From positions 124,001-188,000 of IMG/VR virus record IMGVR_UViG_3300022921_000002: DNA of 64,000 nt. The stretch is one strand, 5' to 3'. Below are positions 47,286 through 57,448 of this stretch, one piece after another. Position 1 is the first letter of the stretch. Each line of letters starts with the position of its first letter. A program made the translations under genes and the position numbers. The notes under the pieces are model-generated. The model was not told where the DNA came from, searched no databases, and saw only the letters and a program-made list of their open reading frames with translations.

Positions 47286-48941
47286 ATGAGAGATTTTTAT
47301 TGGCTAAACGAAGACTCAAGGACATTTTTATCAAGAGGTTATTTGAGTAAAGGTGAAACAGCTAAGCAACGAATTAGAGATATTGCTGATAAAGCTGAAG
47401 AGTACTTGGATATCAAAGGATTTAGTGACAAGTTTTATGGGTATATGAGTAAAGGTTATTATTCATTAGCGTCACCTGTGTGGGCAAATTATGGTAAAGA
47501 ACGTGGTTTGCCTGTATCTTGTTTTGGATCATATATTGATGATAGTATGCAATCAATTTTATTTGGGCATGCTGAAAATGGAATGCTAATGAAAAACGGT
47601 GGTGGCACGTCAGGTTACTTTGGTGCTGTCCGTGGGCGAGGTGCTGAAATCACAGATCAAGGTGAGTCGTCAGGTTCAGTACATTTTATGCAGATGTATG
47701 ATACATTGGCATCAGTTGTATCACAAGGTTCTGTCCGTCGTGGTTTCTTTGCAGCATATCAAGATATTGAACACCCCGATGCTGATGAGTTCCTTGACAT
47801 TGCAACAGAAGGTAATCCTATTCAAGGGTTAACAACAGGCATTACTGTTTCCGATAAGTTCATTAAAGAAATGAAAGATGGTGATCCACAGAAACGCGCA
47901 TTGTGGGCAAAAGTTTTACAGCGCCGTTCTGAAGTTGGTTTTCCATATATTCTGTATTCTGATAATGTAAACAATGGCCGTCCTGATGTTTATAAAGATA
48001 AGGATATGAAAGTACACGCATCTAATATGTGTGCTGAAATCGCATTACCGTCAAGCGCCGAAGAAACATTTACTTGTGTTCTATCATCACTAAATTTATT
48101 ACATTGGGATGAGATTAAAGAAACCGATGCAATTGAAACTTTGGTTATGTTCCTTGATACTGTATGTCAAGAATTCATTAATAAGACTGAAGGTCAAATT
48201 TATATGAAACGTGCTCGTGACTTTGCTATGAACCATCGGGCATTAGGTGCAGGTGTACTAGGTTGGCATTCCTATTTGCAATCAAAGATGATTGCTTTTG
48301 AATCAAAAGAAGCAGCACAGCTCAATGTTGAAATTGCTAAAACATTCCATGATAGATCATACGCGGCATCTGCTGAACTTGCGGACAAACTTGGTGAACC
48401 ACCTTTGCTAAAAGGTTATGGCCGTCGTAATTCAACAACAATGGCAATTGCTCCGACTAAATCATCAAGCTTTATTTTAGGCCAAGTATCACAATCAATT
48501 GAACCTGAGTTTAGTAACTGTTATGTTAAAGACTTGGCAAAAATGAAAGTGACAATTAAGAACCCGTATCTTTTGAAACTGTTAAAGAAAAAAGATCAGG
48601 ATAAATCAGAGGTTTGGGAATCAATTCGTAATGCTGATGGATCAGTACAACATTTGATCTTTTTGTCTGAGGAAGAAAAAGAAGTATTCAAAACATTCTC
48701 AGAAATCAATCCATACACAATTATTGACCAGGCTGCTATTCGTCAACAGTATATTGACCAATCACAAAGTTTAAACTTGATGCTTGATCCTGACCTTTCA
48801 GTTAAAGAAATCAATGCGTTGTACCTATATGCTCATGAGATGGGTGTTAAAAGTTTGTATTATAGTTATTCTATGTCAGCAGCACAATCATTAACACGGA
48901 AACGAGTTTCATCAATGGAGTGCGCAGCCTGCGAAGCATAA
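47286..48941 (+). CDS. nrdA: class I ribonucleotide reductase alpha subunit, no ATP cone
   Basis: PVSCF, SNMCAEI, CVLSS, AIAPT..SS, KSLYY, C-terminal CAACEA. Confidence 0.95.
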   Translation: MRDFYWLNEDSRTFLSRGYLSKGETAKQRIRDIADKAEEYLDIKGFSDKFYGYMSKGYYSLASPVWANYGKERGLPVSCFGSYIDDSMQSILFGHAENGMLMKNGGGTSGYFGAVRGRGAEITDQGESSGSVHFMQMYDTLASVVSQGSVRRGFFAAYQDIEHPDADEFLDIATEGNPIQGLTTGITVSDKFIKEMKDGDPQKRALWAKVLQRRSEVGFPYILYSDNVNNGRPDVYKDKDMKVHASNMCAEIALPSSAEETFTCVLSSLNLLHWDEIKETDAIETLVMFLDTVCQEFINKTEGQIYMKRARDFAMNHRALGAGVLGWHSYLQSKMIAFESKEAAQLNVEIAKTFHDRSYAASAELADKLGEPPLLKGYGRRNSTTMAIAPTKSSSFILGQVSQSIEPEFSNCYVKDLAKMKVTIKNPYLLKLLKKKDQDKSEVWESIRNADGSVQHLIFLSEEEKEVFKTFSEINPYTIIDQAAIRQQYIDQSQSLNLMLDPDLSVKEINALYLYAHEMGVKSLYYSYSMSAAQSLTRKRVSSMECAACEA

Positions 48942-48944
48942 ATT

Positions 48945-50141
48945 ATGGAATATATGAAATTTTTTAAAGACACGGTTGCATCATTTAGAAGCGACGGAAG
49001 ATATCGAGTATTTAATGATATTATCCGTGAAAAGGGTCAGTTTCCTAGGGCTATTTGGTATGGGAAATATGCACCAAAGAATATTGTTAATTGGTGCTCA
49101 AATGATTATTTGGGTATGGGTCAAAACCAATATGTCATAGATGCTATGCATACTGCATTAGATCAAACAGGTTCAGGTTCCGGCGGTACGAGAAATATCG
49201 GCGGAACCTCAGTTTTCCATGTAACACTTGAACGTGAAATTGCAACACTACACCAACGTGAAAACGCATTACTGTTTAGTAGTGCATACGTTGCCAATGA
49301 GTGGGCTCTAATTGCTCTTTCACGCATCATCCCAAACATTTGCTTTATATCTGATAATAAAAACCATGCCTCAATCATTATGGGAGTAAAGCACAGCCGT
49401 GCACCTAAAATGATTTTTAAGCATAATGATATGGCAGATCTCGAGAAATGTTTAAAGGCAGCAAAAAAGAATAAGCAAATTCCTTGCGTATTGTTTGAGT
49501 CCGTATATTCAATGGACGGTGATGTTGCGCCTATTAAAGAAATCGTTGAGTTATCACATAAATATAACGCAATGACTTATATAGATGAAGTCCATGCGGT
49601 TGGTTTGTATGGTCCTACAGGTGCAGGTTATTGTGAACATTTAAATTTATATTCCGATGATATTGATATTATCAACGGCACGTTAGGAAAAGCATATGGG
49701 GTACAAGGCGGGTATATTTCAGGTAAGCAAGAAGTTATTGATGCGATTAGATTGGTTGCATCAGGGTTCATATTCACCACCTCCATGTCACCTGTTATAT
49801 GTGCTGGGGCACTCGCCAGTATAAAATATCTCAAAGACCATTCTTGTCTAAGAGATCAACAACAAGAACGAGTAAAAAAGCTCAGACAAATGTTAGAAGA
49901 AGCAGGATTGAATATACATCCTAATGCTTGTACTCACATTATCCCAGTAATGATTAATGATGCCTTTAAATGTAAAGAAGCATCGGATAGATTACTAAAC
50001 GAATTCGGTATATACATTCAACCGATTAATTCACCAACAGTAGAGGCAGGTACCGAAAGGTTACGTATTGCTCCTACACCATACCATACCGATTTGATGA
50101 TGGTGGAATTAGTCGAAGCGCTGAAAGAAGTATTGAAATGA
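48945..50141 (+). CDS. hemA: 5-aminolevulinate synthase (PLP-dependent, C4 pathway)
   Basis: [60 protein letters not shown]. Confidence 0.93.
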   Translation: MEYMKFFKDTVASFRSDGRYRVFNDIIREKGQFPRAIWYGKYAPKNIVNWCSNDYLGMGQNQYVIDAMHTALDQTGSGSGGTRNIGGTSVFHVTLEREIATLHQRENALLFSSAYVANEWALIALSRIIPNICFISDNKNHASIIMGVKHSRAPKMIFKHNDMADLEKCLKAAKKNKQIPCVLFESVYSMDGDVAPIKEIVELSHKYNAMTYIDEVHAVGLYGPTGAGYCEHLNLYSDDIDIINGTLGKAYGVQGGYISGKQEVIDAIRLVASGFIFTTSMSPVICAGALASIKYLKDHSCLRDQQQERVKKLRQMLEEAGLNIHPNACTHIIPVMINDAFKCKEASDRLLNEFGIYIQPINSPTVEAGTERLRIAPTPYHTDLMMVELVEALKEVLK

Positions 50142-50182
50142 ATCAATTAGAAAATGCCTTCTTCAGTAAAAAGGAAAAAACT

Positions 50183-50602
50183 ATGAGTAAAGTAAAAAAG
50201 GCATTTTGGTTTTGCCTAGGAATTATTTTGGTAGGTGTGGCATATCTTGGTGTATTACTACCCGGTCTACCTTGGTCAACACCAATTCTAGGTGCAACAT
50301 TCTGTTTTGCCAAATCAAGTGACAGACTGCATAATTGGATTATGAATCATCCACGGTTCGGTCCATTTGTTAAAAACTGGGGTACATACCGTGTATATCC
50401 AACAGCGGCTAAATGGTTGATGGTTGCCGTAATGAGTACATCCTTGGCATTTATGTGGTTTGGTACAGGAAACGAAAAAGCAACATTATATCTGTTTATT
50501 ACTTTTGCCTTAATTGTTACGTGGGCGTGGCGTTATCCAGGATCACAAGAAATTGCCGAAAAAAGAATTGCCGAAGGTAAAAAGATTGGTTGGCTAAAGT
50601 AA
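50183..50602 (+). CDS. ybaN: YbaN/DUF454 membrane protein
   Basis: LG.LLPGLP.STP.L.A.FCFAKSS.RLH.W...HP.FGP....W. Confidence 0.85.
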   Translation: MSKVKKAFWFCLGIILVGVAYLGVLLPGLPWSTPILGATFCFAKSSDRLHNWIMNHPRFGPFVKNWGTYRVYPTAAKWLMVAVMSTSLAFMWFGTGNEKATLYLFITFALIVTWAWRYPGSQEIAEKRIAEGKKIGWLK

Positions 50603-50612
50603 ATAAATAAGA

Positions 50613-50807
50613 ATGGATCGCTGCAAAAAACAACACATTTTATTTGAAAAAATTAGTAATGGATCTTACAAAGCGATAGATACATGGTGTGGCAATGTGT
50701 TAGAAGATGAAACAGTTTGGTATTGCAGTGATGAATGTATGGAAAAAGGTGAAGAAGGAAAGCCTTTAAAATACAAGAAAGATTATAATGAAATAAGCAT
50801 TGACTGA
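50613..50807 (+). CDS. small Cys-containing hypothetical protein
   Basis: WCG...WYCSDEC. Confidence 0.5.
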   Translation: MDRCKKQHILFEKISNGSYKAIDTWCGNVLEDETVWYCSDECMEKGEEGKPLKYKKDYNEISID

Positions 50808-50818
50808 GGAGTTATACT

Positions 50819-51841
50819 ATGAAGCGAATACTAATCACTGGTGGCGGTGGATTTATTGCTCACCATTTAATTAACCAGGTACTTATCCGAACAGACTGGG
50901 AAATTGTAACACTTGATCGGTTAGATTACAGTGGCAATCTCAATCGACTCCATGATTTACTTCAGGACCGAACTCCTGCCGAACGTAAACGTGTACGGAC
51001 AATCTTCCATGATTTAAAAGCAGAAATCAACCCAATGCTTGAAGCAGACATTGGTAAGGTTGATATTATTGCTCACCTTGCCGCAGGTTCCCACGTTGAC
51101 CGTTCAATCGAGCGTCCTATGGAATTTGTCATGGACAATGTAGTGGGTACAGCTAATCTTTTAGATTATGGCCGTAGGCAGGATAACCTTGAAAGGTTCT
51201 TATACTTTTCAACTGATGAAGTATTCGGCCCTGCACCTGATGGTATTAAGTATGACGAGTACGACCGTTATAATTGTACTAATCCTTACTCAGCATCTAA
51301 AGCTGGTGCTGAGGAATTGGCTGTTGCATACCAAAATACTTATAATATGCCAATCTATATTACGCATACTATGAACGTATTTGGACAACGGCAACATCCT
51401 GAAAAGTTTATTCCAATGACTATTAGGAATGTTCGAGATGGCGGTATGGTAACTATTCACAGTGATGAAACAAAAACAATTCCAGGATCACGCCATTACA
51501 TCCATGCTGAAGATGTAGCTGATGCAACAATGTTCTTATTGGAACACAACCGCACATTGGATATGACAAACAACACAGGAATTAAATGCCCTAAGTTTAA
51601 TATCTGTGGTGCTACGGAATTAAACAATTTGGAACTTGCACAGCTTATCGCTGATTCCCAAGGAAAGGAATTGAATTATCAATTTATGGATTTCCACAGT
51701 AGCCGTCCTGGTCACGATCTTCGATATGCACTCAGCGGTGATAGAATGGCGAATATGGGATGGACACCTCAACCTGTTGAGAAAAGACTTGATGAAGTAG
51801 TACATTGGACATTAGAAAATAAAAGGTGGCTTGACATATGA
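50819..51841 (+). CDS. NAD-dependent NDP-sugar 4,6-dehydratase (RmlB-like)
   Basis: TGGGGFIA, HLAAGSHVDRSI, STDEVFG, YSASK, RPGHDLRYAL. Confidence 0.9.
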   Translation: MKRILITGGGGFIAHHLINQVLIRTDWEIVTLDRLDYSGNLNRLHDLLQDRTPAERKRVRTIFHDLKAEINPMLEADIGKVDIIAHLAAGSHVDRSIERPMEFVMDNVVGTANLLDYGRRQDNLERFLYFSTDEVFGPAPDGIKYDEYDRYNCTNPYSASKAGAEELAVAYQNTYNMPIYITHTMNVFGQRQHPEKFIPMTIRNVRDGGMVTIHSDETKTIPGSRHYIHAEDVADATMFLLEHNRTLDMTNNTGIKCPKFNICGATELNNLELAQLIADSQGKELNYQFMDFHSSRPGHDLRYALSGDRMANMGWTPQPVEKRLDEVVHWTLENKRWLDI

Positions 51842-52401
51842 ATTGGGAAACATTTATAGAACAGAACTATGAGCATGCTTGCAATACAAAAACTGATATT
51901 GATGAGCATCTGCCAATCCTAAGAGCATTAGGTGACCAATGCGACCATATTACAGAAATGGGTGTTAGGTTTGGTGCAAGTTCAAAAGCATTCTTATGCT
52001 GTGACGTAACACTTATTTCATATGATATTGAATATAACGAACAAGTAAATAGATTATTTGAAATTGCAAAAGATGCTGGTAAATCGGTTGAGTACATTAT
52101 TCAAGATGTTCTCAAAACAGAAATTGTACCAACTGACTTGTTGTTTATTGATACATGGCACTCAAACGAGCAATTGAGACAAGAACTTGCATTGCACGGA
52201 AATCAAGCACAGAAATTTCTAGTGTTCCATGATACACAAACTTATGGTCTTCAAGATGAAAGTTGGAATAAGATTAAACCGAGTGAACCGGGGTGTGGTT
52301 TGTTACCTGCCATTATTGATTTTATAATTGAAAATCCGCATTGGCAATTCCATACACACCGAACAAATTGTAATGGACTGACTGTATTAGAGAGAAGATA
52401 A
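51838..52401 (+). CDS. class I SAM-dependent methyltransferase
   Basis: TEMGVRFGAS, DLLFIDT.H, VFHDT. Confidence 0.75.
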   Translation: MNWETFIEQNYEHACNTKTDIDEHLPILRALGDQCDHITEMGVRFGASSKAFLCCDVTLISYDIEYNEQVNRLFEIAKDAGKSVEYIIQDVLKTEIVPTDLLFIDTWHSNEQLRQELALHGNQAQKFLVFHDTQTYGLQDESWNKIKPSEPGCGLLPAIIDFIIENPHWQFHTHRTNCNGLTVLERR

Positions 52402-53948
52402 TGATTGTAGATTGCTTTCCGTTTTTTGCACCGACAAATGAAGAAATACTATATTTAAGAGTTAACCTACTCAAAGATGTTGTTGATAAATTTATTATTG
52501 TTGAAAGTAACAAAACTCATAGTGGTGAACCTGTTGAGCGTCGGTTCCTTGAGATTGCTCGTAATCAAGGTTTGCCGATGGAAAAGATCATTTATATTGA
52601 GCATGATATTCCTGAAACTGAAGATTTAAAAACATTAGCAATTGATAGAGTAAACGCAGGTACTAATAAAAATAATATTGATTCATTATATGCAAGAGTA
52701 CGTGAGCGTTTACAAAAAGATGCTTGTATCAATGCTTTTAATCAATTTAATGATGATGACGTTTTTATCTATGGTGATGCCGATGAGATTATCAATCCTC
52801 AGCATGTGGAATGGTTAGCAAACCTGTGCCGCGCCAATACATCCGTGATTTTAAAAATACCTCTTGTTTATTTACAAGGTCGTGCAGATCTGCGTGTCCA
52901 TCACCGCAATGGTCAACCGCTTATTTGGATGCGTGCTATGTTCTTTGCAACAAAGGGACAGATATGGAAAAATGGTGGTTTTAATAATATTCGTTGTGGT
53001 AATATGCAGGATGATGTTAGATTTCCTATTCAAGATGGTAAAGTCATACAGGATCTTGGGTGGCATTTGGCATGGATGGGAACAAACGACCAACGTAATA
53101 AAAAAGCACGTTCATTTGCTCATGCCTTTGATAAATTCCAATGGATGAAGAAACAAGATGATTTTGTGAACGGTGGATACGAAAAACATTTCAATAGCAA
53201 TGATCCAGTTGAAGGTGGTATTGCACCTGATGGAAATCCTGGGCATATATTGAAAAGATATCCTCTCGATAAATTACCAAAAATGCTACTTGATACTCCA
53301 TACCTTAGTAAATTCTTTTTACCTGAAGTTGATATAATGAAAGAGTTTACGTTTAATCACTGTGTTTGTTATTGGTGCCAAAAATTGGATTGGCCTTTGA
53401 TGTATGATCTTGACGGCGATGGTAAAAAGACATGGTTTGAAATACCACGGAGTTGTTCTGTCACAGTAAAAGAAAGTCATCCTAACCGCAAGCAAGTTAG
53501 CCAGGATGATCCTGAGTACAAAAATGCAAAAAAACCACTCATTATATTTACAGAACCCGTTGAAAGGTTTTTGTCTTGTATGAACGTATATCTTGTACCA
53601 GGTCAACGGTATTACGATTATGGTAAAGATATTTTTAAATCATTTGATGTTAATCTTGAAGATTGTACCAAACAAGAAAAGATTGATTATTTCTTTACAC
53701 ATTTAAATAAGGTGTGTTCTTATCATCAAGTACACCATTTCCATCCGCAAGTTAGATTTATTGATTTTGAAACATTTGATGAGTTTACGGTTATCAACAA
53801 ACACGAAACAAGTAATTATCTTGGAACTGACCGTGTAATGAATAAAACAACAAAAGAAATAAATGAAAGCGATTTAACCAAAGATCAACTTGACTTCATA
53901 CGTTGGGTTTATCGAGAAGATTACGAGTTCTTTAAAAATTATGGCTAA
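52401..53948 (+). CDS. GT17-like glycosyltransferase fused to a degenerate sulfotransferase-like domain
   Basis: IVDCFPFF...E.L.LR...L..VVD.FIIVES..THSG; GDADEI; GWHLAW; C-terminal FEIPRSCSVT, EPVERFLS, HFHPQ. Confidence 0.75.
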   Translation: MIVDCFPFFAPTNEEILYLRVNLLKDVVDKFIIVESNKTHSGEPVERRFLEIARNQGLPMEKIIYIEHDIPETEDLKTLAIDRVNAGTNKNNIDSLYARVRERLQKDACINAFNQFNDDDVFIYGDADEIINPQHVEWLANLCRANTSVILKIPLVYLQGRADLRVHHRNGQPLIWMRAMFFATKGQIWKNGGFNNIRCGNMQDDVRFPIQDGKVIQDLGWHLAWMGTNDQRNKKARSFAHAFDKFQWMKKQDDFVNGGYEKHFNSNDPVEGGIAPDGNPGHILKRYPLDKLPKMLLDTPYLSKFFLPEVDIMKEFTFNHCVCYWCQKLDWPLMYDLDGDGKKTWFEIPRSCSVTVKESHPNRKQVSQDDPEYKNAKKPLIIFTEPVERFLSCMNVYLVPGQRYYDYGKDIFKSFDVNLEDCTKQEKIDYFFTHLNKVCSYHQVHHFHPQVRFIDFETFDEFTVINKHETSNYLGTDRVMNKTTKEINESDLTKDQLDFIRWVYREDYEFFKNYG

Positions 53949-54174
53949 AAGAGATAACAGCGCAAAAGTAATTCAAAAATTACAATATGACATTGACCAG
54001 GAAAAAAAGCAAAAGGCAATATATCGTAAAGAGATTGATGAGCTTCGGCAACAAAAGATGATGTTATTTGAAACAATGGTTGCACTTGTGGATGACGATA
54101 CATATTGGTCAGATGATGCTAAACAGTCTGGTATTATAAACCGTTTGAAAAAAGTGCTACAACAAACCAAATAA
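53941..54174 (+). CDS. hypothetical coiled-coil protein
   Basis: ATG at 53941. Confidence 0.55.
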   Translation: MAKRDNSAKVIQKLQYDIDQEKKQKAIYRKEIDELRQQKMMLFETMVALVDDDTYWSDDAKQSGIINRLKKVLQQTK

Positions 54175-54214
54175 CTATTGACATTACTAATAGAATCAGT
54201 TTATATTAGAATCA
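54172..54214 (+). promoter_or_regulatory. conserved early promoter, copy 3
   Basis: TAACTATTGACA (TTGACA 54178), 18-nt spacer with GAATCAG, TATATT, AGAATCA. Confidence 0.7.
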
Positions 54215-54239
54215 TAATAAATATAAACTTGAGGTAGTA

Positions 54240-54776
54240 ATGTTAAATTTTGTCAAAAATACACCGATCGCAGTAACACAATCTGTTATCCGAATAATCC
54301 TTGTTCTAGGACTTGTAGTTGCTGCTAGCACAAGCCAAGCAGAAGCACAACGGATTGTTGGATTTAATCCATTAGAATTCCCTGAAGAGCACTGTCTTGC
54401 CTTAAATATTTACTACGAAGCACGAGGTAGTAACCTGGCAGATAAAGCAGCTGTTGCTGATGTTGTTATAAATCGTATGAATGATACACGTTACCCAAAT
54501 ACAATTTGTGGTGTAGTACAAGACGGTTATGTTAAAGGTCGCCGTGATTGCCAGTTTAGCTGGTACTGTGACGGAAAATCTGATGTTCCCATAGATCTTG
54601 ACCGTTGGTCAGAAGCACAGAATATTGCGTTTGCAATGACAAAATGGAGTGAGTTCCGTGGCATCAGTGAAGGTGCAACTCATTACCATGCCGATTATGT
54701 ACGTCCTTATTGGGCTTCAAGTCTACAACTTGTTGGTACAATCGGCCGTCACGTTTTTTACCGGTGGAATAAATAA
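54240..54776 (+). CDS. cell wall hydrolase, SleB/Hydrolase_2 family
   Basis: CLALNIYYEARG, VINR....YPNTICGVV, CQFSWYCDG, GATHYHADYVRP.WA, IGRHVFYR. Confidence 0.9.
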   Translation: MLNFVKNTPIAVTQSVIRIILVLGLVVAASTSQAEAQRIVGFNPLEFPEEHCLALNIYYEARGSNLADKAAVADVVINRMNDTRYPNTICGVVQDGYVKGRRDCQFSWYCDGKSDVPIDLDRWSEAQNIAFAMTKWSEFRGISEGATHYHADYVRPYWASSLQLVGTIGRHVFYRWNK

Positions 54777-54907
54777 ATGATTGAAATAGTCGGAATATTC
54801 CGTGAAGAAGTAATTAAGAAAACATTCAAATGCCCTTTAGATGCAGGTGAGTTTAAAGATTTTCTTGATGCACAATACCCAATTAAAGTAATATGGAGGA
54901 AGATATA

Positions 54908-55219
54908 ATGTCAGAAGAAAGATACGTTGTTGTTACATCAGTTTCTCAATTTAGAATACGGCATGCTATTCCAATGAGTAAATTACAAGAACTCAATCCT
55001 GATATGCCTGTTGATCCCAAATGGGCTGAAGATACTGTTGTAATGAATGAAGTAAAAGAATTTTCACAAACTCATCTTGGTGATACTATTATGGATACGT
55101 TTGTTCTTGATGAAGAAAGAGTACTTCAACTGTTTGACCGTGATAATGATTATCTATCAGAATGGGATACAGAAAAGAAATTAAACTGGATCCATGATTG
55201 GAAGGAAAAACCACTGTGA
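54908..55219 (+). CDS. hypothetical protein
   Basis: GGAGG RBS. Confidence 0.65.
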   Translation: MSEERYVVVTSVSQFRIRHAIPMSKLQELNPDMPVDPKWAEDTVVMNEVKEFSQTHLGDTIMDTFVLDEERVLQLFDRDNDYLSEWDTEKKLNWIHDWKEKPL

Positions 55220-55413
55220 CCCATTCCGTCGAAGAACTATATGAAAAGATAAATGTATTATATAACAAAGGAATAGAATTACACCGTGAAAGGTACCGTG
55301 TAGCAGGCAGTTATGATGAAATACAATGTCAGTATATGGTTGACGATATAAAAGCATTGGCACGCGAGATTGAACATGGTCCTATTGATTTAAATAGAGA
55401 TTTTAGTAAGTAA
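55216..55413 (+). CDS. hypothetical protein
   Basis: GTG start overlapping the previous stop; AAGGA RBS. Confidence 0.55.
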   Translation: MTHSVEELYEKINVLYNKGIELHRERYRVAGSYDEIQCQYMVDDIKALAREIEHGPIDLNRDFSK

Positions 55414-55414
55414 A

Positions 55415-55732
55415 ATGGAACATAAAGAATTAACACCTGACTGTTGGGTGGTAATAAGATCAAATAATACAGAGCCTCCGCATTATAGATTGCTTGTAGG
55501 TTTTGAAGAAAAAGATGAATATAAAGTTAGCACAAAGATTGAATCCTGTGAAGCTGTACAGAAAGATTATGTGTTTACAACCGACAAGGTAAAATATTTT
55601 TGTAATGACAAGAACCGTGGTTTAAGACCAGTTATTAACCACGTATATCTTTCAATGGTTGACTCAAGTCAGCATGACATAACATTAGTCAGAAACGATG
55701 AGTATTTCTCACTACTACATTATATGGAATAA
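55415..55732 (+). CDS. hypothetical protein
   Basis: TPDCWVVI...YRLL. Confidence 0.6.
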   Translation: MEHKELTPDCWVVIRSNNTEPPHYRLLVGFEEKDEYKVSTKIESCEAVQKDYVFTTDKVKYFCNDKNRGLRPVINHVYLSMVDSSQHDITLVRNDEYFSLLHYME

Positions 55733-55735
55733 AAT

Positions 55736-56503
55736 ATGAAAATTTTGATATGCGGCCATGGTTTCGTTGGTAAGGCTCACGGGTTATTTTTATCATCACA
55801 CCATGATATTAAAGTGTATGATCCACAATTGGGTTATAAAGATACTACAGTATTTAATGATGCTGACGCAGTTATTATTGCCGTTTCCACTCCCGAAGGT
55901 GAAGATGGTCAATGCGATATGTCAAATGTGTATGACACAATCGAGCGCATTATGCCAGGAACACCTGTTCTTATAAAATCAACGGTCAGTCTTGAAGGTT
56001 GGCGGTTGATTAACCGTGCCTATCCAAATGAATTTATTACCTTTTCTCCCGAATACCTCCGAGCAGATTATGCTATGGAAGATTTTAAAAATCAAAAAAG
56101 TATAGCTGTAGGTGGCGGTGATGTTAATTTATGGGTTGGTATATTATCAGAATCATTAGAAATACGTGTTGATATTATGAACCCCGAGGTACTTATTTTA
56201 AACAAGTATTTTAGAAATGCGTTTTTGGCAATGAAAGTTGCCTTCTTTGAACAGATGTATGATATGGCGATTACGTCAGGTGTTGATCCGCACGAATTAT
56301 TGGCAACTGTTTCAGATGATAAACGTATTGGTAAAAGTCATACATATATTAATACAAATGACCGAGGTTTCGGTGGTCATTGTTTCCCAAAAGATACATC
56401 AGCTTTATTGGCAACAGGCCATCAAATGGGTTACGACTTGTCCATCTTATCCGAGGCAATGCAATACAATGAAAGGTTGCGAAATGAGAAAAATAATATA
56501 TGA
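55736..56503 (+). CDS. UDP-glucose/GDP-mannose dehydrogenase family protein
   Basis: GHGFVG, IKSTV, FSPEYLR, KYFRNAFLAMKV, GFGGHCFPKD. Confidence 0.88.
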   Translation: MKILICGHGFVGKAHGLFLSSHHDIKVYDPQLGYKDTTVFNDADAVIIAVSTPEGEDGQCDMSNVYDTIERIMPGTPVLIKSTVSLEGWRLINRAYPNEFITFSPEYLRADYAMEDFKNQKSIAVGGGDVNLWVGILSESLEIRVDIMNPEVLILNKYFRNAFLAMKVAFFEQMYDMAITSGVDPHELLATVSDDKRIGKSHTYINTNDRGFGGHCFPKDTSALLATGHQMGYDLSILSEAMQYNERLRNEKNNI

Positions 56504-56693
56504 CAATATCTGCGAAGTCGTAAGTACACGGACCGATGTTATAGTTGAAGCTGAAGCCGATAATATGAGACCAGGAGTTTCATTTGAAGCATATGTAGCA
56601 AACAATAAAATTAAAATGAAATGGAACGGCAAGATTTACGTTGGTAATGTGTCAGGTATGGAATTTACATCAACAGGACCTAAAGAACTATGA
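56484..56693 (+). CDS. hypothetical protein
   Basis: True start ATG 56484 within track ORF 56238-56693. Confidence 0.55.
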   Translation: MRKIIYDNICEVVSTRTDVIVEAEADNMRPGVSFEAYVANNKIKMKWNGKIYVGNVSGMEFTSTGPKEL

Positions 56694-57097
56694 AGGTGGG
56701 GTTTACTGCATCGGCATTTGATTTACTCCACGCAGGACACGTTCAAATGTTAAGAGATGCAAGAGAACAATGTGACTTTTTGATATGCGGATTGCAAATT
56801 GATCCGACATTAGACCGAGCCGATAAGAATGCTCCTGTGCAAAATATAGTTGAAAGATATACACAATTAAAAGCAATTAGTTACGTTGATGAGATCATTC
56901 CGTATTTGACAGAATCAGATCTTTGTGATATATTATCAATGTACCACATAGATGTTCGTATTCTAGGTGTTGAGTACAAAGAAAAAGATTTCACAGGTAA
57001 AGACATATGCCGCAAACGTGGCATTGATTTATATTTTAATAAACGAGATCACCGTTTTAGTACAAGTGATTTAAGAAGGAGAGTTTGTAATGACTGA
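56690..57097 (+). CDS. glycerol-3-phosphate cytidylyltransferase-like (TagD)
   Basis: SAFDLLHAGH, CDFLICGL, VDEIIPY, RFSTSDLR. Confidence 0.85.
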   Translation: MKVGFTASAFDLLHAGHVQMLRDAREQCDFLICGLQIDPTLDRADKNAPVQNIVERYTQLKAISYVDEIIPYLTESDLCDILSMYHIDVRILGVEYKEKDFTGKDICRKRGIDLYFNKRDHRFSTSDLRRRVCND

Positions 57098-57269
57098 TGG
57101 ACCATTTAAAGCGGCATTTGATGCAGATACTACCGGCGTAGTGCATCGTGAGATTATAACCTATCGTATGAAGAACGGTATGATGGTAAAAGAAACCGCA
57201 TGCCGTGATTACTATAAATCTGGTGATTACCATGATAGCATATCAACACAACCGTTGGTGCAACGATGA
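57090..57269 (+). CDS. hypothetical protein, 59 aa
   Basis: Hand-translated MTDGPFKAAFDADTTGVVHREIITY...; AAGGAG RBS. Confidence 0.6.
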   Translation: MTDGPFKAAFDADTTGVVHREIITYRMKNGMMVKETACRDYYKSGDYHDSISTQPLVQR

Positions 57270-57448
57270 GTGATGAGCAATGGCAAATAGATTCTGATAT
57301 GCTGATTCAACTTCATAATACCGCAAGGATTATGGAACAATCCGATAATACGGCAGGTAATGAACTCCGACAAATTGCCGACCGTTTTAGTACACTAATT
57401 AAAAATGCACATAGTCGAAGACATTGGTGCAATGGGAATGAGAAATAA
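57266..57448 (+). CDS. hypothetical protein
   Basis: Overlaps neighbours. Confidence 0.5.
   Translation: MSDEQWQIDSDMLIQLHNTARIMEQSDNTAGNELRQIADRFSTLIKNAHSRRHWCNGNEK

Noticed and set aside
10653-48941. Inteins, group I introns or homing endonucleases in gp43, gp41, nrdA, nrdB
   Set aside because: ORFs are continuous and of normal length; no intein, LAGLIDADG, HNH or GIY-YIG motifs seen.
48945-50141. Alternative call as 8-amino-7-oxononanoate synthase or serine palmitoyltransferase
   Set aside because: [15 protein letters not shown] and YR.F N-terminal motifs fit ALAS better.
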